From the NCBI RefSeq assembly GCF_006345805.1, contig NC_042999.1:143716001-143780000 (forward strand): 64,000 nucleotides of DNA, written 5' to 3'. Position numbers and translations under genes: made by a program. This DNA comes from Octopus sinensis. Taxonomy: Eukaryota. Below, piece after piece: positions 23,196 to 37,236 of the stretch. The notes below the pieces were generated by a model, which saw only the letters and a program-made list of their open reading frames with translations, searched no databases and was not told the origin of the DNA. Each line of letters begins with the position of its first letter. Positions within the stretch are counted from its first letter, which is position 1.

Positions 23196-24571
23196 GAAAA
23201 TCACAATTGATTATGGTAAAATTTGAAACCCGAACATAATGGGGCGATCGTAAATACTATAAGACTGTTAGTTCTGCGCAGTTTCTGTAATTTCACTGTT
23301 TTACTTGAGCGCTTTACACACTTGTCTACAGAAAAGGGTGAAATGTCTGAAAAAACAAAAACGCTTAGCCAAGTATCCAATTTTGATTATCATCGTCATA
23401 TCAGGTATCTCTAAATTATTGAGATCTAACCACGACGAAATATGTATGTGATTCTGCATGTCACATTATAATTCTAAAGGATCAGCCATTCTTACTTCTC
23501 AATCCGAAGTCTAACACTTTAAAAATAACTGTTTCAATGAACTACCTAACTTTAAATTCCACCGTTGGAACATTTTTGCAGTACCCTTTCGGGAGGAGCT
23601 TTCTATTCGCTTTACATTTTTGTTTGTTACTTAGTCATCTGTAGGCTGGTATCTGCGAGAGGAATATTATGGAAATTGACCGTAGAGATTAGCTGTTCTA
23701 TTGATTGCAATGATGCGGTTTGACTGGAAATTCCAATCCAAGATACGAGATGTGAACAAAATTAGCTAGAAGGTTCTTGTGTTAGATTTGCTCGACAATT
23801 TTGCCGGTATCAAATTCAACAATATTTTTTTCTCTCGGGAGTGAAGAATCACTGGTTAATGGTGCAAGAGAGAAAGCTGGTAGATATGGTTCTACGGGAG
23901 CATACAAAGCCATAATATAATAAGGTTATTTTCAGCCATTTGAGGTGATGAGATGAGATCATAGTGGTTGGTGATTATCATTGAGAATGAAACTCAATGT
24001 GACGTATTTCTAAAGATAATACCTCTTTAGGGATTTAAACATTGAAGAGTTTGGAGAAGACGCGGGTGAGATCTTGAGCGCATTTATCGATATTATTGGA
24101 AGGGGAAATCACTGGTAGCAGTAACTTTAATGGTTCAAGCTTACGCATGATTTTTCACATATGGCGAATGTTTTCGTGGTAGTGATAGTAATGTGTGTAT
24201 TGGGTGAAGGGGAATCTGAAAACCGACAAAAGTTGTAATTCTTGTTCAGATTTAAGGTCAGCTCCGATCGAGCAAATCTATGATTGTTAAAATATATTAT
24301 TTGATCTTCATGCTTTAAATGCAGAGAACACCAAATTGGTAAAGCTACGTGGCAAACAAAAATTAATGATCTAATATACTACTACGATTTACGTACATAA
24401 CACAATAAACAAACGCTAGTACAGCTATGAAATGAAATTGGAAACGTAATCTATTATAGCCACAACATTTATTCATAAGGTAGCTAATAAACTTTGGTAA
24501 GAAATTGAAAACACAATATATGCATTATTAATATTATTCATAAAGCAACTGACATGAATATTTTAAAGGTG

Positions 24572-24604
<33 letters not shown>

Positions 24605-24618
24605 TACACACTTATGCA

Positions 24619-25663
24619 TGCGTAGCATTCCAGGCATTTAAAGACATTTTCAAGTTACAAAAATAAAACAAAAAAATAATCTCCTTCAAAGTAGGATCCT
24701 TTGTCTTCAATGCTCTTGTAGCGTTCAAGCCACTTTGTGAAGGCTTCATGGAAGTCCTACAAAGTGAATGTGTTTAAGCTTTGTCACAGCTTCCCTCATC
24801 ATGAAAACGACTGCCCCTGAGGTTATGCTTCAGGTTGCGGAACAGCCAAAAGTCACAGGGAGCAAGTCTTGGACTATAGGGAGGTCGTGGGACAGTTTTG
24901 CTGCCAAACTTTGCTAACTAGTTGGTCAACAGGATGGAATTATGGATTGGTTCATTGTCCTCGTATGGGAGTATTTGATTCGAGTGGAAGAGCTCTGACC
25001 TTTTAAACTCCTCCAAAACTTCCTCAAAGTGCTCTTTGTTGACCGCCTGACCAGAAGGAATCCAGTAGATGTAGATGATGTACATGCTGTCGGTGAACTT
25101 GCTTTGCCTAAACTTATTGAGTCTGGTGGAGCCAGGATGCTTCCCTTGAGCACTCTGTGTCTTGGGCTCTGGATCATAACAGTTGATCCAACTTTTGTCA
25201 TGGATCGTAAAATACTCAACTACTCTTGGATTGTAGGGTAATGAACTCAACTATCTCCTTGCTTTCTCCAATGAGTTTTTCATTCTGTTCGTCTGACATC
25301 GTCTCTCACCTTCTCTCTATCATCATTAAACCATTTGTGCCAGCGAGAAACAGATACTCGGCTCATATAAGTTAATCCATGGGCAATCCGGAACAATTCA
25401 TGCATTTCTGTTGTGTTTTTGCCCAGTTTAACACAAAACTTTACTGCATAGCGAGCTTTCAAATTGACTTCACATCCCGACTATATTCTGAATGTGTTCA
25501 ATGTTGTAACAGCCGTCTCCTTCAATCCAGAATAAAAAAGAAAAGAAATTGGAGGTCAATTTATTAAAAGTATTGCAATGATGTACTATGATATACAATG
25601 ATCTAGGTCATTTATAAATGCTTCTCATAAAAAAGTCTGAAACCTCCTGGTATGCACTTCGTA
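24619..25663 (-). mobile_element. Internally deleted mariner (Tc1/mariner) DNA transposon
   Basis: HTH region MKARYAVKFCVKLGKNTTE..SRWHKWF..; IHDKSWINCYDPEPK (first catalytic D region); YEDNEPIH (second D). Degenerate TIRs near 24619-24650 and 25631-25663, the latter ending in TA. Confidence 0.85.
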
Positions 25664-28534
25664 CAATTTTATCGACACAACCACTGGAATTGTGGGTCTA
25701 GGGCTTGTCTGCGCACTTTTCTCTGTATGGAGATAATAATATATTACAGGGTATTAAAGTTTATTAAAACGCCAGCAGCATAGTTGTTCTGTTGCAGAAT
25801 ATTGTTATAGATAGATTATATTTTCAACTTCGTTCTAGACAGATGATCATAATTTTCAAAGACGTTCTCTTCTAAAGCTGCTCGAATTAAAACCTTGACT
25901 GTAAAATACAATTTAAAAAGAAATTGTTCTGGTTTTCAAACTATCGTGGAATTTTCAGATGCACCAAGCAGAGTAACAAGTAAAATAAAATAAAAAAAAA
26001 GAAGCATTCTACTTATCTAATTTTTATCTCGACGTACAGGTTTTTTTAAAAGAATATACTCTTGTGACGCAAAATTATTTAAATCTTAAGCAATTTTCTT
26101 TTTTAAAATAGAAATACATTGTAGAAAAATATATTTCTATACATTTACAGAGTAATTCATTTGTTATGAATTCAACAAGCTTCAAAGAGACTGTTCTTCC
26201 TTTGATGGCACTCGATCAACTGCAAATATGTCAGCAATTGTTTCCTGTATTTTAAAAAAAGTATTAATTATTCACAAATATTTTTGTTTTTAGTATATTT
26301 TGTTTTAACTTTTTTTTATTTATTTATGCTTTATACTGCTGCATTTGTAAAATATGCTCTCCTTTATATATATTGCATAATGGTATATGTTAGGCACAGG
26401 CCAGCTTGTGTGCTTAAAGAGTTTGCTACGCAGTCACGTGGTTCTGGTTCGATCCCTTTGCTCAAGAGTTTGTGAGTAAAATTTCGTATATAGAAAAGAA
26501 ATTATACAGAAGCTCTCGCATGTGTGAGTGCATACGTGTATATGTGTTTATGTGTGTATGTAAGTGTATAGATGTGCATGAACGTGTGTGCGCACTCATG
26601 ATTATATATGTATTTATGTTCGTGTGTATTAATATGTGCGTGCGTCTCAGTTGTTCACACTGGTCCTATAAAGCGTGTTGTTGCTATGTTGTGTCTATGT
26701 CTTGCAACGTTGTTGTTAAGCAAGAGTAAATAGATACGAAGTATTGCAAAACTTTCACTTAAGTAATGGAGTGAATAGTGTGTCCTTAGTTGAAACATTG
26801 AATACAAATCTTGCAATGGGTTTAGCTCAGAGAAGGCTGACTAGATACTGCCAAAGTAACTCTCCCTCGTTATATCTTTCTGTGGGTTTTCAATTTTAGG
26901 AGGTTATAAGACTGACCAACATTTCCTTTACAATACTCTAATATACCTGTTTCTCAATATTTGCTGTTTGCCAAAGCATGTGTGTGTGTGTGTGTGTGTG
27001 GTTCTTTACAGTTTATTCTGAGAAGACGGAACAGCACCCATGACTCAGTATTTTTCCAGGGTTTTTGAGACTAATACGGAGGAAGGAAGGTAATTGTCCT
27101 CAAACCATAGACACGATTCAAATGTTCTGATAAACCACCCAAGAACCGGAGCAAATACCGCAACTTACCTTGTCGAATGATCCAACCGTTCTACCAATAC
27201 AGTACCCTAAACTGCTACTTTACTTCGTCGTCTCTGAGAGGCTGAAATATAACGAGGGAGAGTAACTTCACTGAGCTAAACCCACTGCAGGATTTGAATT
27301 CAATGTGTGTTTCAACTAAGTCGACACTAATCACTCCATTACTTAAGTGAAAGCTTTGTAATACTTCGTATCTGTTTATTTCGTCGCGATTTGTACTCTG
27401 TGTATAGAGAACCGGAACAGTGTATAAAGAACCGGAACAAATACTACAAGGCATTTTGGTCTAGGCTCTAACGATTCTGCCAATTTGCCGCCTGTATGAT
27501 GTGTGTTGATATGTGTGCTTGCGTCTATGTGTACATGTGTTTGTATGTGTATATATATGTGTGTATGCTTGAGGTAGGGATGCTGAAAAGCCACGCTCAG
27601 CCCTTGTCGATCATGTCTTCTGTTGTCAGGTATGCATATATGTAATGTCTTTCGCCTAGTAAGATGATAGGGTATGATTTGCAAATATATTATGTTCTTG
27701 TGTGATCATATTTGTATGTTTGTCACTCATTCCCATTGCTTCTCCTCATCCTTATACTTATCATATATCTTACATAATCAACAAAACCATTATGCGTTTG
27801 GATTAATAACCACCACTACCGCAACTGTCCTAAGTACCACGATCTTCATGCAACTTTGCTACTACCAAATACCATTCTGACTATCAGCATGAACAGTAAG
27901 GCTAACACCACCATCACCCTAACAGCAGAAGTCGCCACCACAAATACAGGCACTTATAACACTAATACTGCTACTATAACTACCAATCAATCGAATAGCC
28001 ATTGTTTTCCTATTGCCTGTATCTATTCATAACTTTCGGTCTCTAGTTTCCGATCTCTAATGTATTTCGTCTATCCAGTTCACCCTTCCCTCTTCGTTGC
28101 CAACTTCTGTTTCGTTTGCAGTCACCGAGAATCTATCTTTTCAGTTTTTCCTTTCACATATTGTCACTTTTCTGCCAGACATCCAGCCTGATTCCGTTTC
28201 AACGATTTGATGACTTTGACTGTCATTTAGTTTTGTTGGTTTTTGGATCTATTTTGTCTTTCCACGTTGTTCCTAAAATAATGCGCTCGTGAACACGTTC
28301 AGCTTATTTTTTTTAGTTTTTTTTTTTGTATGGTGCCATGTTTCTGAATCAAAAGAAATTATTGGGATGGTCTATTAGTTCTAAACTCGTCTATTACACT
28401 AATTACTATAATTACAGCCGATATGATGTTATACAACATTTAGTTACATCTCTATATTTAAGAGATGAGGAATTATGTATAGTATTTACATTATTTACAT
28501 TCGACAGATATTTGTCCTCATCTTGTTTGTTGTT

Positions 28535-28580
28535 AACACAACGTTTTGGCTGATATACTTTCCAGCTTTCTTCAGGTGTC
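28535..28580 (-). ncRNA. Minimal type I hammerhead, degenerate (G12A)
   Basis: GACAC | CTGAAGAA | AGCTG..CAGCC | AAAA | ACGT, GUU | GTGTT. Confidence 0.6.
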
Positions 28581-28631
28581 TTGGGGAAATTCCGAGTTCG
28601 ATTCCAAGCAGTGACCTGAACACTAACAATA

Positions 28632-28702
<71 letters not shown>

Positions 28703-28757
28703 TAATAACATCGAAATATACCTTAGGAATGAAAACCCATGTTCGAAATTTCCTCAA

Positions 28758-28803
28758 GGTACCTGAAGAAGGCTGGAGGGTGTTACAGCCGAAACATTGT
28801 GCT
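28758..28803 (+). ncRNA. Minimal type I hammerhead with stem III CpG decay
   Basis: GGTAC | CTGAAGAA | GGCTG..CAGCC | GAAA | ACAT(T) | GTGCT. Confidence 0.65.
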
Positions 28804-29139
28804 AACAACAAACGAGATGAGGGCAAATATCGTCGAATGCAAATAATATAAATAATGTAAATAATTTAGTAACATATTCCTGAGTTGAAACACCAATGAC
28901 TGGGATAGATTTCCAGAATGGAGAAGGACTGAGTGTGCTTAGTGCACCATCTATGGTGGCAGGGTAGGCATGATATGATTGAAAATAGGAAGAGAAACGC
29001 GTAAGCTGTGTGGGTCTGCTTTGAGGTAGCACGTGACTAGTCAACTAGTTAGGAGTACCAGAAACCCTTCAAAGATTAGAGTGTGTTGGTCATATTTATT
29101 CACTTTAAATTGTATAAGCAATCCTTGTAACCCAGGGAA

Positions 29140-31600
29140 ACCAATAACATAAGAATCAATCAACAAAACTCTAATAGTAGCATTTCTACAGTCATCTGGC
29201 AAATTATTAAAATTATCAACATCACAACCATTACAATTCCAGTGATCAGGGCAGCCAACATTACAACCGCCACCAGAACAACTAACAACTCACTGGTGCC
29301 ACTACTAGAACTCAAACCCATCATAACCACCACCACCACCCCATCCACCACTACTAACATCATCAGCACAACCTTCAAAACAGCAGCGATAGCAAAAAAG
29401 GCACCTTAACTACTACTATAAACAACAGAACTATTAAAATCAAACCCATTGCCTTTAGTATCTTCACTATCAATAAAACTACCATTACAGTCCTCGTATT
29501 CCTTACCATGACTATGCCCTTCCACCCTTCACTACTAAAAGTGAGAATTTAATACCACTAATGTTACATTATCTCACCAACAACTTCAATGCGACTACTC
29601 GAACAATCTCAACCAGTAAAACCCATAGACTGCTACCCTTACGGAAAACTTCCATCACCCTCCCTACAAAAACTAACACTACCTCTACCACTACTAGCTT
29701 CGTCTCTACAATCGCTATGAAAGTTATCATTACCACCACTACTGTCACCCTCTCTCATCACTATTCGTAAAACTACAGTCACTACCATTACCTCCGCTTC
29801 TGTTACTACCATGGCTATTTATACCAACACGAACGTCAGGAAACCCCTACCGTAACCATTCCCACGACCACTATACTCATTATTATATTCTTTATTCTCG
29901 ATATCACCCCGCCCAATCGCTACTAATAAACCGCTAACGTCAACACCATCACCATACTTTCTACATCACCGTCACCATCTTCATTTCTATCGGCAAGGCA
30001 CCATCATTACCACCGCTATCTCTACTACCACCGTTATCTGTAACAACTTAAACCAACACGACAGTTATCACAACCAGCGTCACTATCACAAATAACACAA
30101 CATCTGCTACTATAATTGTTGATACAACCACCACTACCACCCTCATCATCATCGATACACCCTTATCATCACCACTTACTACTACCATCTCTACTATAAT
30201 CACCATCATAACTGTTTAAAGCGAAAAAAAAAACAGCAACTGCCGCGATCCACCGCACCTTTCCCATCACCACCAGCATCTCCACCACCTTATCGCTACC
30301 ACTACCACCACCACCAACACCACCATCACCACCATTACCACCACCACTAGCAACAACAACTCTCTATGGTCATCGCTGCATCATCACAACCACCACCGCT
30401 GCTACCACCACGATGTCCACCAGCACCAAAATCTTATAATCATCCCCACCAGCAACAAAATCTACATCCAATCGTCATCCCCCCCACCACCTTCACCACT
30501 ACCACCATCACCTCCAACCATCACATTTGCAATTACCCTCATCCTGCAACACCATAACAATCACGATGCAACGAGCAGAAGCCTCTAATAGTTGCTTGTA
30601 CTGCTAGAAATAGCGGCCAAATATCCCTGAAACCCCACCCTACTGTTTTAAATAATGGTAGGACACGTTAGATAATATAGCCCGACATCTCTCTAAACTG
30701 ATGAGACAAACACGGAGGCAACGCCGTTTATCATAGGTCTGCTTGATCAGGGCAAATTTGAGGCTAAACATTACCAACAATAAAAAATACAATAAACAAG
30801 GTAATAATAAAAAGCAACAAACAATTCACCCCGCTCTCGGAGGTTAAAATCGTTAGAGATTCAGGCGTAATGCCTTGCGATATTTTATTACGGCTCTGTC
30901 CGTTCTGAGTTCAATTCCGGCTGAGATCAACTTTACCTTCCATCTTTCCAGAATCAAAAGAATGAAGGACCTGTGTAGTACTGGTTCCCTCCCGCAAATT
31001 TGAGGCCGTCTGCCTATGCAATAAATGGTTATATTACTACAGATTTTGCTTTATATCACCACATTATGCCTCCATCACCACCAACATCACCACCACTACC
31101 ACCAACACCACCAACACCACTACCACCACCACCAACACCGCCAACACCATGACCACCAACACCACCGCCACCAACAACACCGCCACCAATACCGCCACCA
31201 ACATCACCAATGCTACCATCTGTACCACCGCTATCAACAACAATACCAACAAAGCATGATTATCACGAACAATACCACTAAAATCAGCCACAATAACAAC
31301 ATCGACACGAACAGCCCTACTACCAATAAAACCACTACCAACACTACTATCATCAATATCAATGCTACAATCAACCACTGCACCACTCTCACCAACACCT
31401 CTACCACCACTGCAAACATCGTTAAACTACCATCAACAACACCACCATATAATACTAGATGCAGCACCGCATGCTACCACTACCGCAACCACTACCACTA
31501 TTACCATCACCGCTACCAACAGCCTAACCATCTTCAACATATATCATCACTACCACCATTATCACTACCAGTACACCAGTACCACCATCACAGCCACCAC
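29140..31600. repeat. Long degenerate (ACC/ACT/ATC)n low-complexity tract
   Basis: Trinucleotide periodicity with strong C/A skew. It contains an unclassified repeat at ~30590-30790 and a SINE B copy. Confidence 0.85.
30855..31025 (+). mobile_element. Decayed SINE family B copy
   Basis: CGTTCTGAGTTCAATTCC..GATCAACTTTACCTTCCATC, homologous to 15875-15930. Confidence 0.65.
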
Positions 31601-32075
31601 TGGTATGCTGTTCATATATCCAAGAGAACAGCGGTCGAATCAATAAAGAACAGTTATCGATCAGTGTGTAAGTATTAAACACAAAGCCATAAATCGCATG
31701 TCTTGTGGAAGCAAATGAATTATCTTATTAAATTGACTTGCAATATAGGTCCTTGCCTCCTCCGCCTTGCTTCCCCTTGTCTTCTCAAATTCTATTTGCT
31801 GGATGTGCGTTTGTGTATGCTGTATGAACATGCCAGTGCGCATGCGTGCTTTCATATATGCATGTATGTACGTACAAACGTACCTAAGTACGTATATAAA
31901 AATGATTGGGTTTGTATAGATGTATGAATGTGTGTTATGTAAATACGTGTGAATATCTATGTATGTATTATGTATGCACATGTGTATATATGCATTTGTT
32001 TATGTATGTATGTATATCTATATATATATGTATGTGTGTGTGTGCGTGTATAATATAATATATATATATATTTAC

Positions 32076-32132
<57 letters not shown>

Positions 32133-33469
32133 CTATAGATATACATACATATGTATATATATGTGAGCATGTATATGTATTCGTAGCGTACACATTCATG
32201 TTGTATACCATAAAGTTAAAACATTAAATCTACGAGAAACAATACAACTAGAACCAATTTTTAACAAAGTTAACTGCATCTCCCTAAAACCATTAGGCTA
32301 CATCAAGCATTCAGTTTGTGGTTTTCTAAGATCCCAGTGGAGAAGAAACCAAGAACATCCAATGTAGATGGAGATATCAGGTCCTAAAATGGTTCTATTG
32401 TCAATCATGAGCAGAACTCAATGCACTGATAGCGAGCAAGGATACACGGAGAAAAGATGTTCACGACATTTGTCACACTACTACTTCAGAAATAACCATT
32501 AAGAAGAAAAATGCCATAGTTTGGAAGGTAGTGCAAGTCTATACCAATTTTGATAAGATACAATTTTAGTCTGCGAAAAGTAAACATTAGGATCATACCA
32601 CAGATTTTTAATCTCTACACTAAACAGAAAAGGTTTTGGTTGATCTTACTCGTTTCTAGTCATTTTAGAGCTTCATCACACAAAGAATACGCATTTTGTA
32701 TCTATGGACAAATTTGTAGCTTACAGCTATTTGTATTATATACAAACTAATACGCAGTTAAATAGTTCTCTACAGTTTGCATAACAATGCATACGCTGAT
32801 AATGGCATTAGTTAATTAATAACGAACTGTAGTGTATGTATCAAAAGGGTATACTTCACTTTACATTTTAAGATATTTCAAAATGCTACATAGTGCATTA
32901 TTAATTAATCGCATTATGCAAATTAGACAAACCACTTTAACAGTGTTCTATTTTGTATGCACAATATATACAGCTAGAAGCTATTGTCTGTGGAAAGAAG
33001 GTAGGTATTCTTTCCCAGGTGAGGTTAAAGAAGATTACAAACTAATAATGTCCCATCTTTTTCTGTCCTTCGAGATATGTATATACGTATATAAATGTAT
33101 GCATTTGTGTATGTATGTATAATCGTAGTGTAACAGAAAGGATTAAGATAGAATTGAAAATAACTTAAATTAACACCCCTCGCTAATCATGGAGAACAGT
33201 ATGAGAACAGTTTCAGCTCATTGAGACCCCACAAACTTTATTTTCCATGGAACTATTCCTCTCGTGAAACCTGGGGTAATTCGTAATTGAGGTGATTGAC
33301 GTTACAACGAAAAGGACTCAAAATGTAGAGGACAACAACGTACACGAGACAGAAAACTAGAACAGATACATGTTATACGATTCTACAAGTGTGTATATAA
33401 CACACAAACTCATATAGACACTCATATACATATATACATACGTAAGTGTGTGTGTGTGTGTGTGTGTAT

Positions 33470-33715
33470 CATGAACTCTCCTGTCGTTAGGCGATGGTAT
33501 AAGAGTTCGACAGTTACTTGCCGAACAACCGCACAGATGATTTCTATATAGTAATCAAATGTTTGTGTTCACATAAGGTCACTCCCTCCATCAAATCGAC
33601 ATTACCTATACAGGTGCACCATGTGCAGTATGTCAGATGACGAAATGATCGCAGAGCAATGTGAAATGAAGTGCTTTACTCAAGAACACAACGCAATGCC
33701 CGGTGTGGGAATCAA
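33470..33715 (-). mobile_element. Decayed SINE-like repeat (third family, tentative)
   Basis: GTGCTTTACTCAAGAACACAACGCAATGCCCGG..GGAATC resembles the reverse of a tRNA-head/CORE SINE junction. Confidence 0.45.
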
Positions 33716-34021
33716 TATGTACATGTCACCGGAGGAAACACAACTAGATCATATAATGCAGGGAAACGATTTCGTAATCAAGTACCTGCATGCCTGGAGA
33801 ACTACGTTGCGTAGAAACAATCGTAGTGATTGAAAATAAATGCCCAACCATACTCCTTCTTGCTGACTCCATATTTTTTCAATTATCTATTCATACGACA
33901 GATGCCCAAATGAAAACCTGGAAGTACGTATCATACTACTACTGGACATCACAGGGTAAAATCTGAAGGTGGACGTGTTTATATTGAACTCTACTACGTT
34001 CTTAACAGAATATAACATACC

Positions 34022-34066
<45 letters not shown>

Positions 34067-34068
<2 letters not shown>

Positions 34069-34380
34069 AAACATTATTGGTGAATTGAAGAAATGGAGCT
34101 GAACGCAGATTGAACAGAAATCGTTTTATTTCATTCTACACGTGTTTCGAAACACGTGTAGAATGAAATAAAACGATTTCTGTTCAATCTGCGTTCAGCT
34201 CCATTTCTTCAATTCACCAATATGTTTTAATTTCAATTATCCGCACCAACGCACGGTTGCAACGCCAGATGGTTGTACCTCCAACCGTGCTGTTTACTGC
34301 TGTGATTTTGCTACTAAGGTATCGTTAAACTTTTGATTAATCTACTACAAGATTATTCATCTTTCTATTTCACATAATAT
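34067..34380 (+). mobile_element. Short derivative of the 7257-7490 PLE tail with a loop-less ~81-bp inverted duplication, in (TA)n
   Basis: 34149-34380 is near-identical to 7261-7495. 34068-34148 is the reverse complement of 34149-34228 with one 1-bp indel. Confidence 0.9.
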
Positions 34381-34708
34381 ATATATATATGTATACGCAC
34401 ATACACATATGTACGTATGTATATATGAACAGAAAAATAATAAGAGGGGTGCGAAGCATTATGTTAAATAAAGAACACAATTTAAACAGAAACGCAACTA
34501 GGGAACAAATGGAAAATTCACACACAAGACGTTGCTTATTCCTTATCAGTTATCGTCTAAACGATCCTTACAATTTTATGCCTTTAACAATAATAGTTTT
34601 CGCACGTAATGACGTCAACAGCTTCAAGCTGCTGGGAATAGCGAGCGAACGCAGGGGACAGTGACGAAATAAAAAAAAACGACGCAACTATGAATATACA
34701 AACACACA

Positions 34709-34756
<48 letters not shown>

Positions 34757-34784
34757 CATCCTCCTCCTCGTCCTCCTCATCATC

Positions 34785-35720
34785 TTTCAATTTCGTTTCC
34801 ATTACTTAGATACTCAGCAGCTTTTGTAGGTTGGACAAAAACCGAATTAGCAAAGCTAGGGAGAAGAACTAAGAAGGAATTCAATATGAATGGAGGACGC
34901 CACCCAAGGGCAAGAGAAGCAAGATTATGCCTACCTAGAATTGAAGGCAGAAGAGGGTTAATACCAGTAGAAGACTGCGTGGAGCTAGCTAGAGTAAATA
35001 TAGACTCCTATGTAGTTAATAGTGAAAAAAGTTTATTAAAAGCTGGTAGAGTCACAAGACATAGGGAAACCAAAAACTCAAACGAACTTAAAAATCAGAA
35101 AAAAAGAACAGAAATTATCTGACTGGCATGAGAAGACGTTGCATTTTAGATTCTCAGAGATAGTTGTAGAAAATAGTAGTAGTGAGACATGGTTATGGTT
35201 GCAGAAAGGAAAGCTGAAGAGGGAGACAGAAAGTTTGTTAGTAGCTGTACAGGTTCAAGCATTAAGGACTAATTGTATATACGCCAAGATAAACAAAAAC
35301 CAAGTAGATTCCCAATAAAGATTATGCAAGTCAAAAGTGGAAAGTGCTACTCATATAGTAGCAATGAAAGAATACAAGAAAGGACATGACAACCTAGGGA
35401 GAGCAAACTACTGAGAGCTATGTAGAAAATTAAGATTTGACCATACTGATAAATAGTATGAACATGATCATAGTAAAATACTAGAAAGCATTTGTGCGAC
35501 TTTAACATTCAGACTGACAGAGTAACAGAAACTAGAATGCCTGATTTGGCAGTAGTAGATAAAAAGAATAGAAAGTGCCAGATAATTGACTTTACAGTCC
35601 CAAATGATGAAAAAATTAATATGAGAGGTATAGAAAAAATAGCAAAATACCAAGACCTAGCTCTTGAATTACAGAGACAATGAAAAAAGCGGGTAAAATT
35701 GTATCAGTAGTTATATAATA
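34785..35720 (+). mobile_element. Decayed R4/Dong LINE 3' fragment
   Basis: LLRYSAAFVGWTK; LCLPRIEGRRGLIPVEDC; CDFNIQTDRVTETRMPDLAVVDK..IIDFTVP..EKIAKYQDL. Confidence 0.85.
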
Positions 35721-36204
35721 ACTAGCTATAATAATAATAAAACTTTGAGACTTTAATACCTACAACTTTCTGCGAATACCTGTCCTTTCCTGAGTATTCG
35801 AAAATGTAAACATCCTTTTAGTACAAGAACACTTCAGCTGCAATATTTTAAGCTTTTTTCTTTTATTTTAGATTTACTTCTTGTCCTGTAATTTCCAGGT
35901 TTATTAAATATTTAAGTATATTATTATCCCTTGCTCGCATTTTTTATTCTAGTCCACTTTTTTCTTTCTTACAGGGGATGCAGACAAATTAATAATTTAT
36001 ATTCTAATAATAAATTTAGCCTACTTTTTCATATTTTATTTCTTATTGATCAATAACTGATGCCTATTCATTTTTGTTAGAAATTCTAAATTGAATAGCA
36101 ATTTCTTTACATTGAGTATTAAGAAGTATACCTATTTAGAATAAATTTTTAATTAATATTTATCAAAAATAAAAGTTATTAAAAAGAGATATTAAGGTAC
36201 AAGC

Positions 36205-36650
36205 ATACGAAGCCCAATATACCTATCATGACTACCTGTCTGATAAGGACACACCAGGCACGTGCATCACAACCATATATGCGTGACATAATGACCTCAT
36301 ATCAAGATAAACAGTGCATGATTTTGCAGGTGGGGCCCAGTTAGAATATTGTTCAAGTCGAGTAGCTCATCCCATCAAAAAGGTCCCTGAATAAAGTTTG
36401 TTTAAAGATGGTGAATGAAGCACTCATGTTTCCAGAGGTGAATTATTCAAACTCCAAAGAGTTTCTCTCAACCCATCGTTATAATGCTTCCCACTGCTTC
36501 TGCTCATGGTCAGAGATACACATATCGACTGTCACTAAGCGACATGCTCAACTGGTATTGAGCAGAATATTTGCTGTTGCTCATTTTTTATACCAAGACA
36601 AAACAATGTACATGATAATACTTCCAATCAGTTAAGATGAGAAGCCATAA
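36205..36650 (-). mobile_element. S4 non-coding element, decayed copy
   Basis: Homology to 37236-37807. Confidence 0.8.
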
Positions 36651-36679
36651 AAGACACTCATCCTTATTCTTATTATTAT

Positions 36680-37168
36680 TGAGTGAGAGAGCAGTGCATG
36701 CATCAAAGTGACACTGGGGTAAAATATATGAAGCCCAGTATAACCATCATGACTGCTCATCTGATTAGGGTACACTAGGCACATGCATCGCAACCATATG
36801 TGCGCGAAAGCGTGACCCCATATTAAGATAAACAGCGCATGACCTTCCTGGTGAGGCCCAGTTAGAATTTTCTTCAGATCGAGTAGCCCATCCCGCTCAA
36901 AAGATCCCTGAATAAGGGTTGTTTAAGGATGTTGAACGAAACACCCATGTTTCTAGAGGTGAACTATCCAAACCCCAAAGAATTCCTCTCAACACATGAC
37001 TGCTCTGTGATCAAAGATGCTCATATCGTCAGCCACTACGAGACACGGTAAAGGTCAAAACAACTGACAAGTAAATCTGTGGTATTGAGCAGAATATTTG
37101 CTGTAGCCCATTTTTTAAACCAAGACAAAACGATGTACATAACACTTCCAATCAGTTAAGATGAGAAG
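36680..37168 (-). mobile_element. S4 non-coding element, 5'-truncated copy with short ATT tail
   Basis: Homology to 37236-37807. Confidence 0.85.
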
Positions 37169-37175
37169 CGCGGTG

Positions 37176-37235
<60 letters not shown>

Positions 37236-37236
<1 letters not shown>

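Larger units (their letters stand above)
28440..28870. mobile_element. Two diverged copies of a short hammerhead-bearing retro-tail, head-to-head around (AAT)n (28625-28705)
   Basis: Minus copy ~28440-28592 and plus copy ~28705-28870 share CCTGAAGAA..CAGCC..AACAACAAAC.AGATGAGG.CAAATATC. Confidence 0.7.

Noticed and set aside
23480-24240. Moderately GC-richer stretch that might be a retroelement ORF relic
   Set aside because: No motif I could identify in any frame.
31025-31678. 217-aa His/Gln/Thr-rich ORF
   Set aside because: It arises from the (ACC)n low-complexity tract, where stop-poor frames are expected.
31640-31770. Possible CR1 3' scrap (QFNKIIHLLPQDMR)
   Set aside because: Too short and diverged to call.
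33794-33830. CTGGAGAA-CTACG/CGTAG-AAAC hammerhead-like motif
   Set aside because: A6 is altered, G12 is not free of stem II, and stem I is weak.
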